Below are positions 19,102 through 28,660 of a DNA stretch of 64,000 bases, one piece after another. Position numbers and translations under genes: made by a program. The notes beneath the pieces are model-generated. The model did no database searches. It was given only the letters and a program-made list of their open reading frames with translations, and had not been told where the DNA came from. Each line of letters opens with the position of its first letter. Positions within the stretch are counted from its first letter, which is position 1. The stretch comes from an uncultured Eubacteriales bacterium (GTDB lineage Bacteria > Bacillota > Clostridia > Oscillospirales > Acutalibacteraceae), in NCBI GenBank assembly GCA_900315815.1, contig ONAS01000001.1, positions 1,690 to 65,689 of the forward strand, written 5' to 3'.

Positions 19102-19731
19102 GTGACCAAAAAACAAATCGCGCTCCTTGCGGTCGAAGCGCTGAAAAAAGAATATCCCGATTCCATCTGCTCGCTCGAGTACACCGATCCGCTCCAATGC
19201 CTTGTCGCGACGCGCCTGTCCGCCCAGTGCACCGACGCGCGTGTCAACATGGTGACGCCCTCGCTGTTCGCCCGTTTCCGCACCGCCGCGGATTTTGCCG
19301 CGAGCACGCCCGAGGAGGTCGCGGAATACATCCGATCCTGCGGTCTGTACAAGACCAAGTCCAAGGATATCGTCGCGATGGCGCGCGTACTGTGCGAGCA
19401 CTACGGCGGCGAGGTCCCCCACACCCTCGACGAGCTGACCTCTCTGCCCGGCATCGGCAGAAAGACCGCCAACCTCGTCATGGGCGATATCTTCAGCATG
19501 CCCGGCGCGGTCGTCGTCGATACCCACTGCATCCGCATCACCCGCCGTCTCGGGCTGCACAGCGAGACAGACCAGAAAAAGATCGAGACCGTCCTGCGCG
19601 GGCTTCTTCCGCCGGACGAGAGCAACGATTTCTGCCACCGCCTCGTGCTCCACGGCAGAGCCGTCTGCACCGCCCGCAAGGCGATGTGCGACTCCTGCTG
19701 CATGCGCGATTTCTGCCGCAAAAAGCCGTAA
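19102..19731 (+). CDS. nth: Endonuclease III
   Basis: LSAQCTDARVN, LPGIGRKTAN HhH, VDTHCIR, C-x6-C-x2-C-x5-C 4Fe-4S motif. Confidence 0.97.
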   Translation: MTKKQIALLAVEALKKEYPDSICSLEYTDPLQCLVATRLSAQCTDARVNMVTPSLFARFRTAADFAASTPEEVAEYIRSCGLYKTKSKDIVAMARVLCEHYGGEVPHTLDELTSLPGIGRKTANLVMGDIFSMPGAVVVDTHCIRITRRLGLHSETDQKKIETVLRGLLPPDESNDFCHRLVLHGRAVCTARKAMCDSCCMRDFCRKKP

Positions 19732-19925
19732 GGCTCCCTTTGCGGGAGTCAGGCAAACAGGCGGTGCTGTCCGCCCGTCCGATCGGCGCGGGTCATGTCC
19801 GGAACAGGTTCACGAAAAGTTCAAATATTATTCACACGGTTTTACATATTTCATCACAAAGGCGTGCTACACTATAGACAATGAAGTTGACGGGAACGCC
19901 CGTCCGATGAAAGGGAGGTGAAACC

Positions 19926-20351
19926 ATGCGCGCCGAAAAGAAGCCGTCAGTGCTGGTGTGCGTTACCGGTCAGTATGACTGCGACAGATTGATTGAAGCG
20001 GGATACGAACAGGCGACAGAATTGAACTGCGATCTGCGCGTACTGTGTATCCATACGCCGGTAAACGATTTATCCGTGCTGTCGGAAGAGATCGAATATC
20101 TCTACCGCACCGCAAAGGAACTCGGCGCCGATATGACGATTGCTTTTGACAAAAATGCACCGCGATTCGCTGCCGACTTCGCCCGGAAAATCAACGCGCG
20201 CCATCTGGTGACCGGCATGCCGGACAACCGTCCCAACGGCTTTGTCCTGACCGTCCACGAGATGATGCCGCGGTTACAGATCACAATGGTAACAAAAGAG
20301 AACGAAAAGCTGTTCTACACCGTAGATCATACAGCCAGATCGTTCGCATAA
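19926..20351 (+). CDS. Universal stress protein-like domain protein
   Basis: VLVCVTGQYDCDRLIEAG...LRVLCIH USP/KdpD-like pattern; RBS GGAGG. Confidence 0.7.
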   Translation: MRAEKKPSVLVCVTGQYDCDRLIEAGYEQATELNCDLRVLCIHTPVNDLSVLSEEIEYLYRTAKELGADMTIAFDKNAPRFAADFARKINARHLVTGMPDNRPNGFVLTVHEMMPRLQITMVTKENEKLFYTVDHTARSFA

Positions 20352-20519
20352 ATAACAAAACAAACCATAACAAAACGATACTTAACATAAATCAAAGCAT
20401 AATCAATTTCATCAGCACAAAAGCCGCCCGAAAAAGGCGGCTTTTGTCTGTTTATCTGACTTTGCTGTCTATTTTTCACAGGGCGGCGTTTTCACAGGGC
20501 GGCGAATGTTCGCCCATAT

Positions 20520-21446
20520 TTACGCTTTGCCGTCCAGAAACTCCTTCAATCGCTTCTCATGCGACGCGTTATGGATCAGCCTTCCGCAGGACCTGCTCCG
20601 CAAAAACCGTACCGCGTCGCTGCGCGCGACAGACATCCGGTAAAGCGGCTTTTCCCCGAACTGCTCCTGCGTCAGACAGATGAGCTCGCGGTGAACGCCC
20701 ATCGCCTCCATCGCCTCGTCCGCGCTGCGGATGAACTCCTCCTGAGGCTCGTCAAAGCGATACAGATAGGTCGCGGCGTCATCCCCCGCGGACAGCTCGA
20801 TCGCGCAGCATCCGTCGCCGAACGCCGCTGTCCAGTACAGCTCTGGCTGCCCGGTCCGGAACAGACCGCAGTGCGTGAAGGGCGGCTCCGGCTTGATCCC
20901 CAGCAGCGCCTTGACGCGCTTGCTTTTGGTCAATGCCGCCGCCTTCTGCGTTCTTTCGGCAAAGGGCTTCGTATCATAGCCCATCTTTCCGACGGTATAC
21001 CGTACGCCGGACACCGTTGTGAGATGCAGCTGATAGCCGTCAAGGGTGATCTCCCGTGTAAAGCACAGGGGGATCCTGACGGCGCGGTTCGTCAAGGGAA
21101 GGACGCACACCGCGTCGGGCAGCAGGACGATCAGGCCTCTGCCGCTCTCCTGCGGGAGCTGATATTCCCCCTCGCACCGCATGATGATCTCCTCTTCGAT
21201 GAAGAGCGCCTCCATGCTCCGCTTTGCGAAGCAGTCGGTCAGCTCCTCGAGAAAGCCGTCGTAAGAGAACCCCAGCATGGAGATCTCGACCTTCTCACCG
21301 CTGAGCGTATCGATATACACCCGATGATTGATGGGGCGTATCGCCTGAAAATCGGCATAATCCAGAAATCTGCCGCCGAGCCTGACGCCCTCCTTTTCGA
21401 TAGACAGCTCCGCGCGATTCCCCGAAACCTCTCCGCTATATTTCAT
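20520..21446 (-). CDS. Hypothetical protein, translationally coupled to the zinc-ribbon gene
   Basis: 308-codon ORF whose ATG overlaps the upstream TGA; typical codon usage. Confidence 0.8.
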   Translation of the reverse strand: MKYSGEVSGNRAELSIEKEGVRLGGRFLDYADFQAIRPINHRVYIDTLSGEKVEISMLGFSYDGFLEELTDCFAKRSMEALFIEEEIIMRCEGEYQLPQESGRGLIVLLPDAVCVLPLTNRAVRIPLCFTREITLDGYQLHLTTVSGVRYTVGKMGYDTKPFAERTQKAAALTKSKRVKALLGIKPEPPFTHCGLFRTGQPELYWTAAFGDGCCAIELSAGDDAATYLYRFDEPQEEFIRSADEAMEAMGVHRELICLTQEQFGEKPLYRMSVARSDAVRFLRSRSCGRLIHNASHEKRLKEFLDGKA

Positions 21447-22192
21447 CAGAGCTTGTTGCCGCAGCCGCCGCAGAATTTCATGCCGGGCGCGTTTTCAAAG
21501 CCGCACTGCGGGCAGACGTTGGACGTTTGCATGGGCGATCCGCATTCTCCGCAGAATTTCAGTCCCTGCGCGACCTGAGCGCCGCAGTTGGGACAGCGGT
21601 TGGTGCCTAAGGGCGTACCGCAGTAATTGCAGAATTTGCCGGTACCGGCGGGCTTTCCGCAGTTGGGACAAACGGTGGTGCGGGTCTCGACCTTGCCCTG
21701 CCAGACGGTCGCGGTCTCCGCCGCCTCGTCGATGTTGCGGCGCATCGCTTCGTTGCGCGCCTTCGCGACATAGCCTGCCTCACGCGGAGCGCATTCGGTG
21801 CAAAGGCCCTCGTCCTCGTTCCAGCAATCCGCACAGACCCAGCGGTTGCAGGACGGACAGCGCTTGAACTGCGGTCTTACCTCTTCCTGCGCCTTGTCGA
21901 ACGCCGCCTCATACTCTTTTCTCCATTCGGGAGACTGACCCTCATAGCGGTTTCCGGCTACGTTGCTGCCGCGGTCAAGCGCCCAGCCGATATCGCTCGC
22001 CTTGCCGCCGAACAGCGAACCCAGTCCCGACGCGATACTGCCGAAGCGCTCTGTTTTTTTCTTTTTTCCGTAAGTCGTCGATTTGATAAAGGTACTTTTG
22101 TAGCCGTTTCCGCAGCAGTCGCAGTAGAATTCAAACTGGAAACCGGCGTCAGTGGACAGATCATTGTGGTTGCGGGTAAATGCGTGTAACAT
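21446..22192 (-). CDS. Double zinc-ribbon (DZR) protein
   Basis: FEFYCDCCG, CPSCNRWVCADCW, CTEC and four C-terminal CPxCG...KFCxxCG units. Confidence 0.88.
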   Translation of the reverse strand: MLHAFTRNHNDLSTDAGFQFEFYCDCCGNGYKSTFIKSTTYGKKKKTERFGSIASGLGSLFGGKASDIGWALDRGSNVAGNRYEGQSPEWRKEYEAAFDKAQEEVRPQFKRCPSCNRWVCADCWNEDEGLCTECAPREAGYVAKARNEAMRRNIDEAAETATVWQGKVETRTTVCPNCGKPAGTGKFCNYCGTPLGTNRCPNCGAQVAQGLKFCGECGSPMQTSNVCPQCGFENAPGMKFCGGCGNKL

Positions 22193-22316
22193 ACAAATGC
22201 TCCTTTACGATTTGATATACGACTTTATTATAGCAGAGCACATCCCGTTTGTCTACATAAAAAGCCGCAAGACATAAAAAGGGCATCCCCTTGGTGAAGG
22301 GATGCCCGATCGATGA

Positions 22317-23426
22317 TTAATGATTGTCGTTGAGGGAGGACAGGATCGTGATCTCATCGGAGATGATGGGATGATCGAGATCTTCGAACTCAAAGATATA
22401 GTACTTGAATTTGACTTCCGAGATCGACTCGATGCCTGCTTCGATCATATCGTCTCTGAGGATAAACATGCTGGGGTTCTCAGTTTCCTGGCCGGATTCG
22501 GTGACGATAAAGGTGACCAGATCCATCGGCATGCCGCCGTTGACGGTCGAATCCTGAGTACCGATGAAGTAATTCTTGCCGGAGGTGTTTTCAACCTTGA
22601 GCTTGTAGATCATGGCCATATCTTCATCGTCTTCAAAGCCTAAGTAGGTGATCTTCAGACCGTTCGCGTCGTAGAGGACGACGTCCTGAGGAGTCTCGGT
22701 CGGAGCCTCGGTAGGCTCGGGAGCTTCGGTGGGTTCGGGAGTCTCGGTGGGCTTAGGCGCCTCGGTGGGCTCGGGAGCTTCGGTGGGCTTAGGCGCCTCG
22801 GTGGGCTTGTCGGTAGGCTTCTCAGTAGGCTTCTCGGTAGGCTTCTTGGTGGGTTCCTGGATCTCCTCGTCCTTGATGGTATCAAAGAATTCCTTGGCTT
22901 CCTTGCCGAAAGCGGCAATGTGGCACTCATCTACCTGGATGGTACCCGCGGAAGCGCCCTTGGGATTGACGATACCGTAGATGGCGATGTATTCGCCTCT
23001 CTTGGCGTCCTTGATCTCATCCTTCTTGCCGAAAACGAACTGATAGAAGGAAAGGACCTTATTGTCTTTCTCGAGTGTTCCGTATACGGAGCTGTCGCCC
23101 AGATCCTTTACCTGGAAAGCGGTCAGGATCTTGGAGCCCTTATACTTGGCGATGTTGTTGTACAGCTTGGCAAAACCGATCTTCTCATAGCCCTGACCGA
23201 TGATGTCATCAAAGCTTTCCTTCTTCTCGGTCGGCTTCTGGGTGGGTTTCTCAGTGGGCTTTTCGGTGGGCTTCTCGGTTACTTCCGTCGCGGTTGTTTC
23301 GACCGGCTTCTTGTCATCCTTCTTGTCGGAGCCTTTTCCGAAAACAAGAATGCAGGTGACGACGATGCCGACCACTACCAGCGCCGCAACAACGCCGATA
23401 ATGATTTTCTTTTTCTTTGCATCCAT
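22317..23426 (-). CDS. Membrane-anchored extracellular protein with TEKP/TEAP linkers and two globular domains
   Basis: N-terminal basic patch plus TM; PTEK and PTEAPE repeats. Confidence 0.8.
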   Translation of the reverse strand: MDAKKKKIIIGVVAALVVVGIVVTCILVFGKGSDKKDDKKPVETTATEVTEKPTEKPTEKPTQKPTEKKESFDDIIGQGYEKIGFAKLYNNIAKYKGSKILTAFQVKDLGDSSVYGTLEKDNKVLSFYQFVFGKKDEIKDAKRGEYIAIYGIVNPKGASAGTIQVDECHIAAFGKEAKEFFDTIKDEEIQEPTKKPTEKPTEKPTDKPTEAPKPTEAPEPTEAPKPTETPEPTEAPEPTEAPTETPQDVVLYDANGLKITYLGFEDDEDMAMIYKLKVENTSGKNYFIGTQDSTVNGGMPMDLVTFIVTESGQETENPSMFILRDDMIEAGIESISEVKFKYYIFEFEDLDHPIISDEITILSSLNDNH

Positions 23427-23731
23427 TATGTGTTCATCATCCTTGATATAGTTGCTTATCAGAATAATACCTATAGCAACTCAATTATACTGAACGCAAA
23501 AATCAAAGTCAAGCAAATTTTATCCATTTTCGGCAAGAAATGCCGATTTATGGGTCTTGCCGCCCGTGCGCAAATAAGTGCTTGCAGTTTTCGGTAATAT
23601 ATGGTATTATAGTTCTAATAATGCTAACCATGGATTATTATGTCCTTTATCCGCCGGCAGGGCGTATTGCCCCTGACGGCTGACACATCCGCGGTCGGCT
23701 TATTAAGCAAACCTGAAAGGAGTTTTGCGCT

Positions 23732-26035
23732 ATGTGCGGTATTTGCGGCTTTACCGGCCAACTCGAAGAACGAGAAAATACACTGCAAAAAATGACGGAG
23801 GTCATTACCCACAGAGGTCCCGATTCCGACGGCTACTATGTGGATGATTACATCGCCATGGGCTTCCGCAGACTGTCGATCATCGATCTGGAGAACGGCG
23901 ACCAGCCGATCACCAACGAAGCCGGCAACCTGATACTGACCTTCAACGGCGAGATATATAACTACAAAGAAATCAGAAAAGAGCTGGAGGAGCTGGGGCA
24001 CCATTTCACCACCACCTCCGACTCAGAGGTGCTCGTCCACGCGTTTGATGAATGGGACGAGGATATGCTGCAGAAGCTCCGCGGCATGTTCGCCTTCGCG
24101 ATCTATAACAAGGAGACCAAGGCGCTGTTCATGGCGCGCGATTTCTTCGGCATCAAGCCCCTGCATTACACCATGATCGGCGACGACTTCTGCTACGCGT
24201 CCGAGATCAAGAGCATTCTGGAGCATCCGAAGTTTGAGAAAAAATTCAATCCGAAGGCGCTGGACGCTTACCTGTCGTTCCAGTATTGCCCCCAGCCGAT
24301 GACCTTCTTTGACGGGGTCTACTGTCTGCTGCCGGGACATTTCCTCTGGTACCGCGACGGTATCGTCGAGACCCAGCGCTATTTCGAGCCGAAATTCAAG
24401 CCCGACAACGACATGACCGAGGAAGAGGCTGTCGACAAGATCGAAAAGGTCTTTGAGGATTCCGTCAACGCCCACAAGATCGCGGACGTTGAGGTCGGCT
24501 GCTTCCTGTCCTCCGGCGTGGATTCATCCTATGTTTCCACCTATTTTGAGGGCCAGAAGACCTTCACCGTCGGCTTTGACTTCGGCGAAAAATACAACGA
24601 GATCACCTGGGCGCAGGCGCTCTCCGAAAAGATCGGCGTAGAGCATCACGCCAAGCTCATTTCCTCCGAGGAATTCTGGGCGGCGGTCCCCAAGGTCCAG
24701 TATCATATGGATCAGCCGCTCGCCGATCCGTCCTGCATCGCCCTTTACTTTGTCACAAAGCTGGCGAGCGAGTACGTCAAGGTCGTACTTTCCGGCGAGG
24801 GCGCCGACGAGCTGTTCGGGGGCTACACCTGCTACAACGACCCGCGCGTCTTCAAGGTCTACCAGAAGATCGTCCCCTACTTCCTGCGCCGCGCGATCGG
24901 CTGGATCTGCAAAAAGCTCCCGGATATCAAGGGCAGGGACTACCTGATCCGCGCGATCCATCCGCTGGAAAAGCGCTTCATCGGCAACGCTTATATGTAT
25001 GACCAGAAGCAGAAGAAAGCCCTGCTCAAGGATCCGTCCATCGCGACCGATCCCGCCCGTCTGGTCAGACGCCACTATACCCGTGCGCGCCGCTATGACG
25101 ACGTCACCAAGATGCAGTACCTCGACATCAATATGTGGATGGTCGGCGATATCCTGCTCAAGGCGGACCGCATGAGCATGGCGAACTCTCTGGAGCTGCG
25201 CGTGCCCTTCCTCGACAAAGAGGTCTTCAAGGTCGCGTCCACCATCCCGACCGAGCTGCGCGTCAATAAGTTCAACACCAAGTACGCGATGCGCAAGGCG
25301 GCCGCGAGACATCTTCCCGATGAGGTCGCCGAAAAGGAGAAGCTGGGCTTCCCCGTACCGACAAGAGTATGGCTCAAGGATGAGCATTACTATAATGTGG
25401 TCAAGTCGATGTTCCAGTCACCGACCGCCGAAAAGTTCTTCAATACCGATGTGATCGTCCGTTATCTTGACGAGCATTATGAGGAAAAAGAGGATAACTC
25501 CCGCAAGGTGTGGACCATCTATGTGTTCCTCGTATGGTATCAGATCTACTTCGGACCCGTGACCGCCGAGCAGCTTGCCGCGGAACAGGAAGCGGCGGCT
25601 CAGGCTGCAGCTCAGGCGGCGGCTCAAGCAGATGCGCAGGATGCTCCCGCCGCGGACGGCGAAGCAGCTCCCGGCGAAGCGCTGCAGGATACCGAGATCA
25701 CCGATGATAATCCGGAGACCGGCACAAAGATATTCACTCCCGTCAAGCAGGGCGAAATGCCTGCCGAACCCGCTCAGGTTCAGCCGCAGGAGGAGCCCGC
25801 TCCCGTGCAGGAGGAAGCGCCGGAGCAGCCCGCTCCCGAAATGGAGGAGATCTTCTCCAACTCCGGACGCGCTCCCCGCGCCGTCCGCGTCCCGGTAGAA
25901 GAAATTCCTGATGAGGAAGAGGATATGCCCGCCATGTCCGCCGACAGCTTTGAAAACCCCGAGGACTTTTTCGAAAGCCTCAAGGAAAAGCTCCGCGAGA
26001 ACATCATCGACGAGCCGGAAGACACAGAAGAATAA
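23732..26035 (+). CDS. asnB: Asparagine synthase (glutamine-hydrolyzing) with ~160-aa acidic C-terminal extension
   Basis: MCGICG N-terminal Cys, HRGPD, FNGEIYN, RDFFGIKPL, LSSGVDSS, SGEGADELFGGY, SLELRVPFLD. Confidence 0.95.
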   Translation: MCGICGFTGQLEERENTLQKMTEVITHRGPDSDGYYVDDYIAMGFRRLSIIDLENGDQPITNEAGNLILTFNGEIYNYKEIRKELEELGHHFTTTSDSEVLVHAFDEWDEDMLQKLRGMFAFAIYNKETKALFMARDFFGIKPLHYTMIGDDFCYASEIKSILEHPKFEKKFNPKALDAYLSFQYCPQPMTFFDGVYCLLPGHFLWYRDGIVETQRYFEPKFKPDNDMTEEEAVDKIEKVFEDSVNAHKIADVEVGCFLSSGVDSSYVSTYFEGQKTFTVGFDFGEKYNEITWAQALSEKIGVEHHAKLISSEEFWAAVPKVQYHMDQPLADPSCIALYFVTKLASEYVKVVLSGEGADELFGGYTCYNDPRVFKVYQKIVPYFLRRAIGWICKKLPDIKGRDYLIRAIHPLEKRFIGNAYMYDQKQKKALLKDPSIATDPARLVRRHYTRARRYDDVTKMQYLDINMWMVGDILLKADRMSMANSLELRVPFLDKEVFKVASTIPTELRVNKFNTKYAMRKAAARHLPDEVAEKEKLGFPVPTRVWLKDEHYYNVVKSMFQSPTAEKFFNTDVIVRYLDEHYEEKEDNSRKVWTIYVFLVWYQIYFGPVTAEQLAAEQEAAAQAAAQAAAQADAQDAPAADGEAAPGEALQDTEITDDNPETGTKIFTPVKQGEMPAEPAQVQPQEEPAPVQEEAPEQPAPEMEEIFSNSGRAPRAVRVPVEEIPDEEEDMPAMSADSFENPEDFFESLKEKLRENIIDEPEDTEE

Positions 26036-26118
26036 GCAAGCATAACAAAGACGACCTGATTTCTCAGGTCGTCTTTTTCATCGGGTGCGGTTGTCACGCC
26101 CGCTGTTATCGATCGTTT

Positions 26119-27432
26119 TTACTCCGTTCTTGCGAGAACATTTCTCTGCAGACGGTTCATGTCCTTCTCCATCTTGGACGGTTCCAAACCGCTCGTCACG
26201 GTAAAGAAATTGTAGGCGCTGTCCGGATCGGTCAGATCAGAACAAAGATACGCGGCGATCGCTCCGTTGTGACTCAGCGTGGAACAGTAAGAGCCCCAGC
26301 CGTAGCCGTAGCCGTCCACCGGCTTCTTGACGCGCTCGATGCTCTCCGCGGAAAGGATCGCGCCTGTCCTGAACGAGGTCATCCATTTGTCCATATCCTT
26401 GGCACAGCTGACGATATCGCCCGCGCCCTGAGTCAGACCCTTCAGGTGCGGCTCCGCGGGATCGAAGCCCTCGACACGGATCTCCGCGATATTCTCGGAT
26501 CCGTACAGCTCCTCATAGAAGCCTGTGTTGGTCATGTCCAGCGGCTCAAAGATGTTCTTTTTGACAAATTCGCTGTATTTCATGCCCGAGACCTGCTCTA
26601 CGATCTCCGCCAGCAGGAAATAATTGGTGTTGCAATACGAGAAGTAACGGTCGGGGGTGGTTTTCAGATCCTCCTGGAACAGCCAATCCATGATGATCTT
26701 CTTGTTCTGCTCCGCGGTATAGTCGGAGGAGATCGCGTAATCCTTCATCGGCTGGGCTTCGTTGACAAAATCGATGATGCCCGAGCGCATGTGCAGCAGA
26801 TCGCTGATGGTGATATCCTTGCCGATGACATACTCGGGGAAGTATTTTTCCAGCTTATCGTCGGCGCTCAGCTGACCCCGCTCCTCCAGAAGCGCGATCG
26901 CCGTGCCGCAGAACTGCTTAGACAGCGAGCCGATGGGGAACTGGGTGTCGATGGTGATCTCTCTGGTCACCTTGCCGTACGCATTGCTGCACAGCACTCT
27001 GCTGTTGCGCGTGACGTACAGCACGCCGAAATAGTCGTTGGTCTGCATAAATGTATCGAAGGACTGCTTGTAATCCTCGATGACAGAGATATACCGGTCG
27101 TTATTCCAGACAAACGCGGGTCTTTTGACCTCATTGGTCGCCGGGCTCTCCAGATTTGCCAGCCAGCGCTGGATATTGGTCGCGTCAAGGATCGTCAGCT
27201 CGTCAGAGGAAAATTCATTCTTTGCCACCTGCCGTGATAACTCATCCAGCTCCTCCAGATCGGCGATCACACGCTGGATCTTTGTCGCGTCCACAATGGT
27301 CACATCGCCGTCACGGTCGGCGTCGCCCGCAAGCAGGTCGGGATGCTCGTCCTTTGCCGCGGCACAAATAACACAACTGCCGATGACCATAATCGCCGCC
27401 AACAGCAGACAGATGATTTTTCTTGTTTTCAT
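26119..27432 (-). CDS. Secreted dockerin-bearing serine hydrolase (beta-lactamase/PBP-like family)
   Basis: Signal peptide; dockerin GDADRDGDVTIVDATKIQRVIA...TILDATNIQRWLA; SxxK (GSLSKQF), YxN (YCN), HxG (HNG). Confidence 0.85.
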   Translation of the reverse strand: MKTRKIICLLLAAIMVIGSCVICAAAKDEHPDLLAGDADRDGDVTIVDATKIQRVIADLEELDELSRQVAKNEFSSDELTILDATNIQRWLANLESPATNEVKRPAFVWNNDRYISVIEDYKQSFDTFMQTNDYFGVLYVTRNSRVLCSNAYGKVTREITIDTQFPIGSLSKQFCGTAIALLEERGQLSADDKLEKYFPEYVIGKDITISDLLHMRSGIIDFVNEAQPMKDYAISSDYTAEQNKKIIMDWLFQEDLKTTPDRYFSYCNTNYFLLAEIVEQVSGMKYSEFVKKNIFEPLDMTNTGFYEELYGSENIAEIRVEGFDPAEPHLKGLTQGAGDIVSCAKDMDKWMTSFRTGAILSAESIERVKKPVDGYGYGWGSYCSTLSHNGAIAAYLCSDLTDPDSAYNFFTVTSGLEPSKMEKDMNRLQRNVLARTE

Positions 27433-27711
27433 AGTCAGACCTCCTATTATATTTGTTACACTTCTATTATAGCCGCAGGAGGGGAAATGACAAGCAACTT
27501 TTTTTTGAAAAAATCAACCGATGGTTTACTCCGAAACGACGGTATGCGGACTATCCTTGATAGCGCCCGGAGGATCTCAAACGCAGGTTCTCCCAAGATC
27601 GGAGAGAGCGCTCTGTGCGGGCGGCGGTCAGAGATATCGCTTTGCCGATAAACCTGTTTTTTACAATCAAAAAGCCTGTCGGACTGACAGGCTTTTCTTC
27701 CCGTATTCAGA

Positions 27712-28530
27712 TCAGCTTTCCTCTGCACGCTTGACCGCGCGATAATAGACCCTTGCCTCGTCGAAGCTGCCCTCGCCGTAATAAACGAAGCGCTTGGTCT
27801 GGGTCGCGCCGGGCTTGATCTCAAAGTCATCGTCACAGCAGTAGCCTTCCGTATAGAACTTCAGCACGCCCTTTTCATAGAACAGGATGCCGCATTCCAC
27901 TTCTTCGACCGGTTTATCTATATTGTTTGTCACGCTGACCTTGACGGAAGCCTCGTCTGTTTCATAGGTCATGGTCACGTCGGCGTCGGCGCTGACATGA
28001 TAAGCTGACGCGCCCTCCTCCAGCTTGTACTCAAAGGAGGCAAACGGTTCGTCGCTTCTCAGATACCCGTATCCGGTTGCACCGGCTCCGAGCGCGTTGT
28101 AGAAGGTGCTGTCTTCATCAACGACCTTGCCGTCCTTGTCATAGAAGGTCACATAAACCTCGGGGCTGGCTTCCTTGTCAGACTCGTTGGTGATCAGCAG
28201 GATGACCTCAAAGTATTTGTTTTCTTCCTGATAGGGGATCGCTTCCACCTTCAGTCCGGGGAGGCTCGTGCTCTTTTCGGATTCTACCGCGTCATACGGA
28301 CCGGCAGGAGTGCGGTAGCGGTCGGGATCTATGGTCTCTTCCTCGGTTTCGCCCTGCGTTTCAGCGGGCGTTCCGGCAGCGGTAGCCTCGGAAATAGTCG
28401 GCTCAACCGCAGATGCTTCCTTTGTAAGGATGTTGTTGTTCCCTGCGGCGGTCTTATCCTCTCCGCAGGCAGCAAGGCTTCCGACGATAAACAGCGCGGC
28501 TGTCAGTAAGGCGATCAATTTTTTCATCAT
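27712..28530 (-). CDS. Lipoprotein with FxLYD-like Ig-fold domains
   Basis: Lipobox LAAC; VTFYDKDGKVVD and ILFYEKG motifs. Confidence 0.7.
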   Translation of the reverse strand: MMKKLIALLTAALFIVGSLAACGEDKTAAGNNNILTKEASAVEPTISEATAAGTPAETQGETEEETIDPDRYRTPAGPYDAVESEKSTSLPGLKVEAIPYQEENKYFEVILLITNESDKEASPEVYVTFYDKDGKVVDEDSTFYNALGAGATGYGYLRSDEPFASFEYKLEEGASAYHVSADADVTMTYETDEASVKVSVTNNIDKPVEEVECGILFYEKGVLKFYTEGYCCDDDFEIKPGATQTKRFVYYGEGSFDEARVYYRAVKRAEES

Positions 28531-28660
28531 GCATTTCTCCTTATTTGGTATGTTACCATGGGTATTATACCACTGTCATCCGCAAAAGTCCATTGATATC
28601 CTATACGAAGTACCGCGATCTATTGCGGCTTTCAATTGTGAACTTTCGATCGCTGCGGCG

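Noticed and set aside
23427-23731. Riboswitch or T-box in the asnB leader; lysine riboswitch before dapL
   Set aside because: Some hairpins, but no T-box consensus or L-box features; the dapL leader is too short
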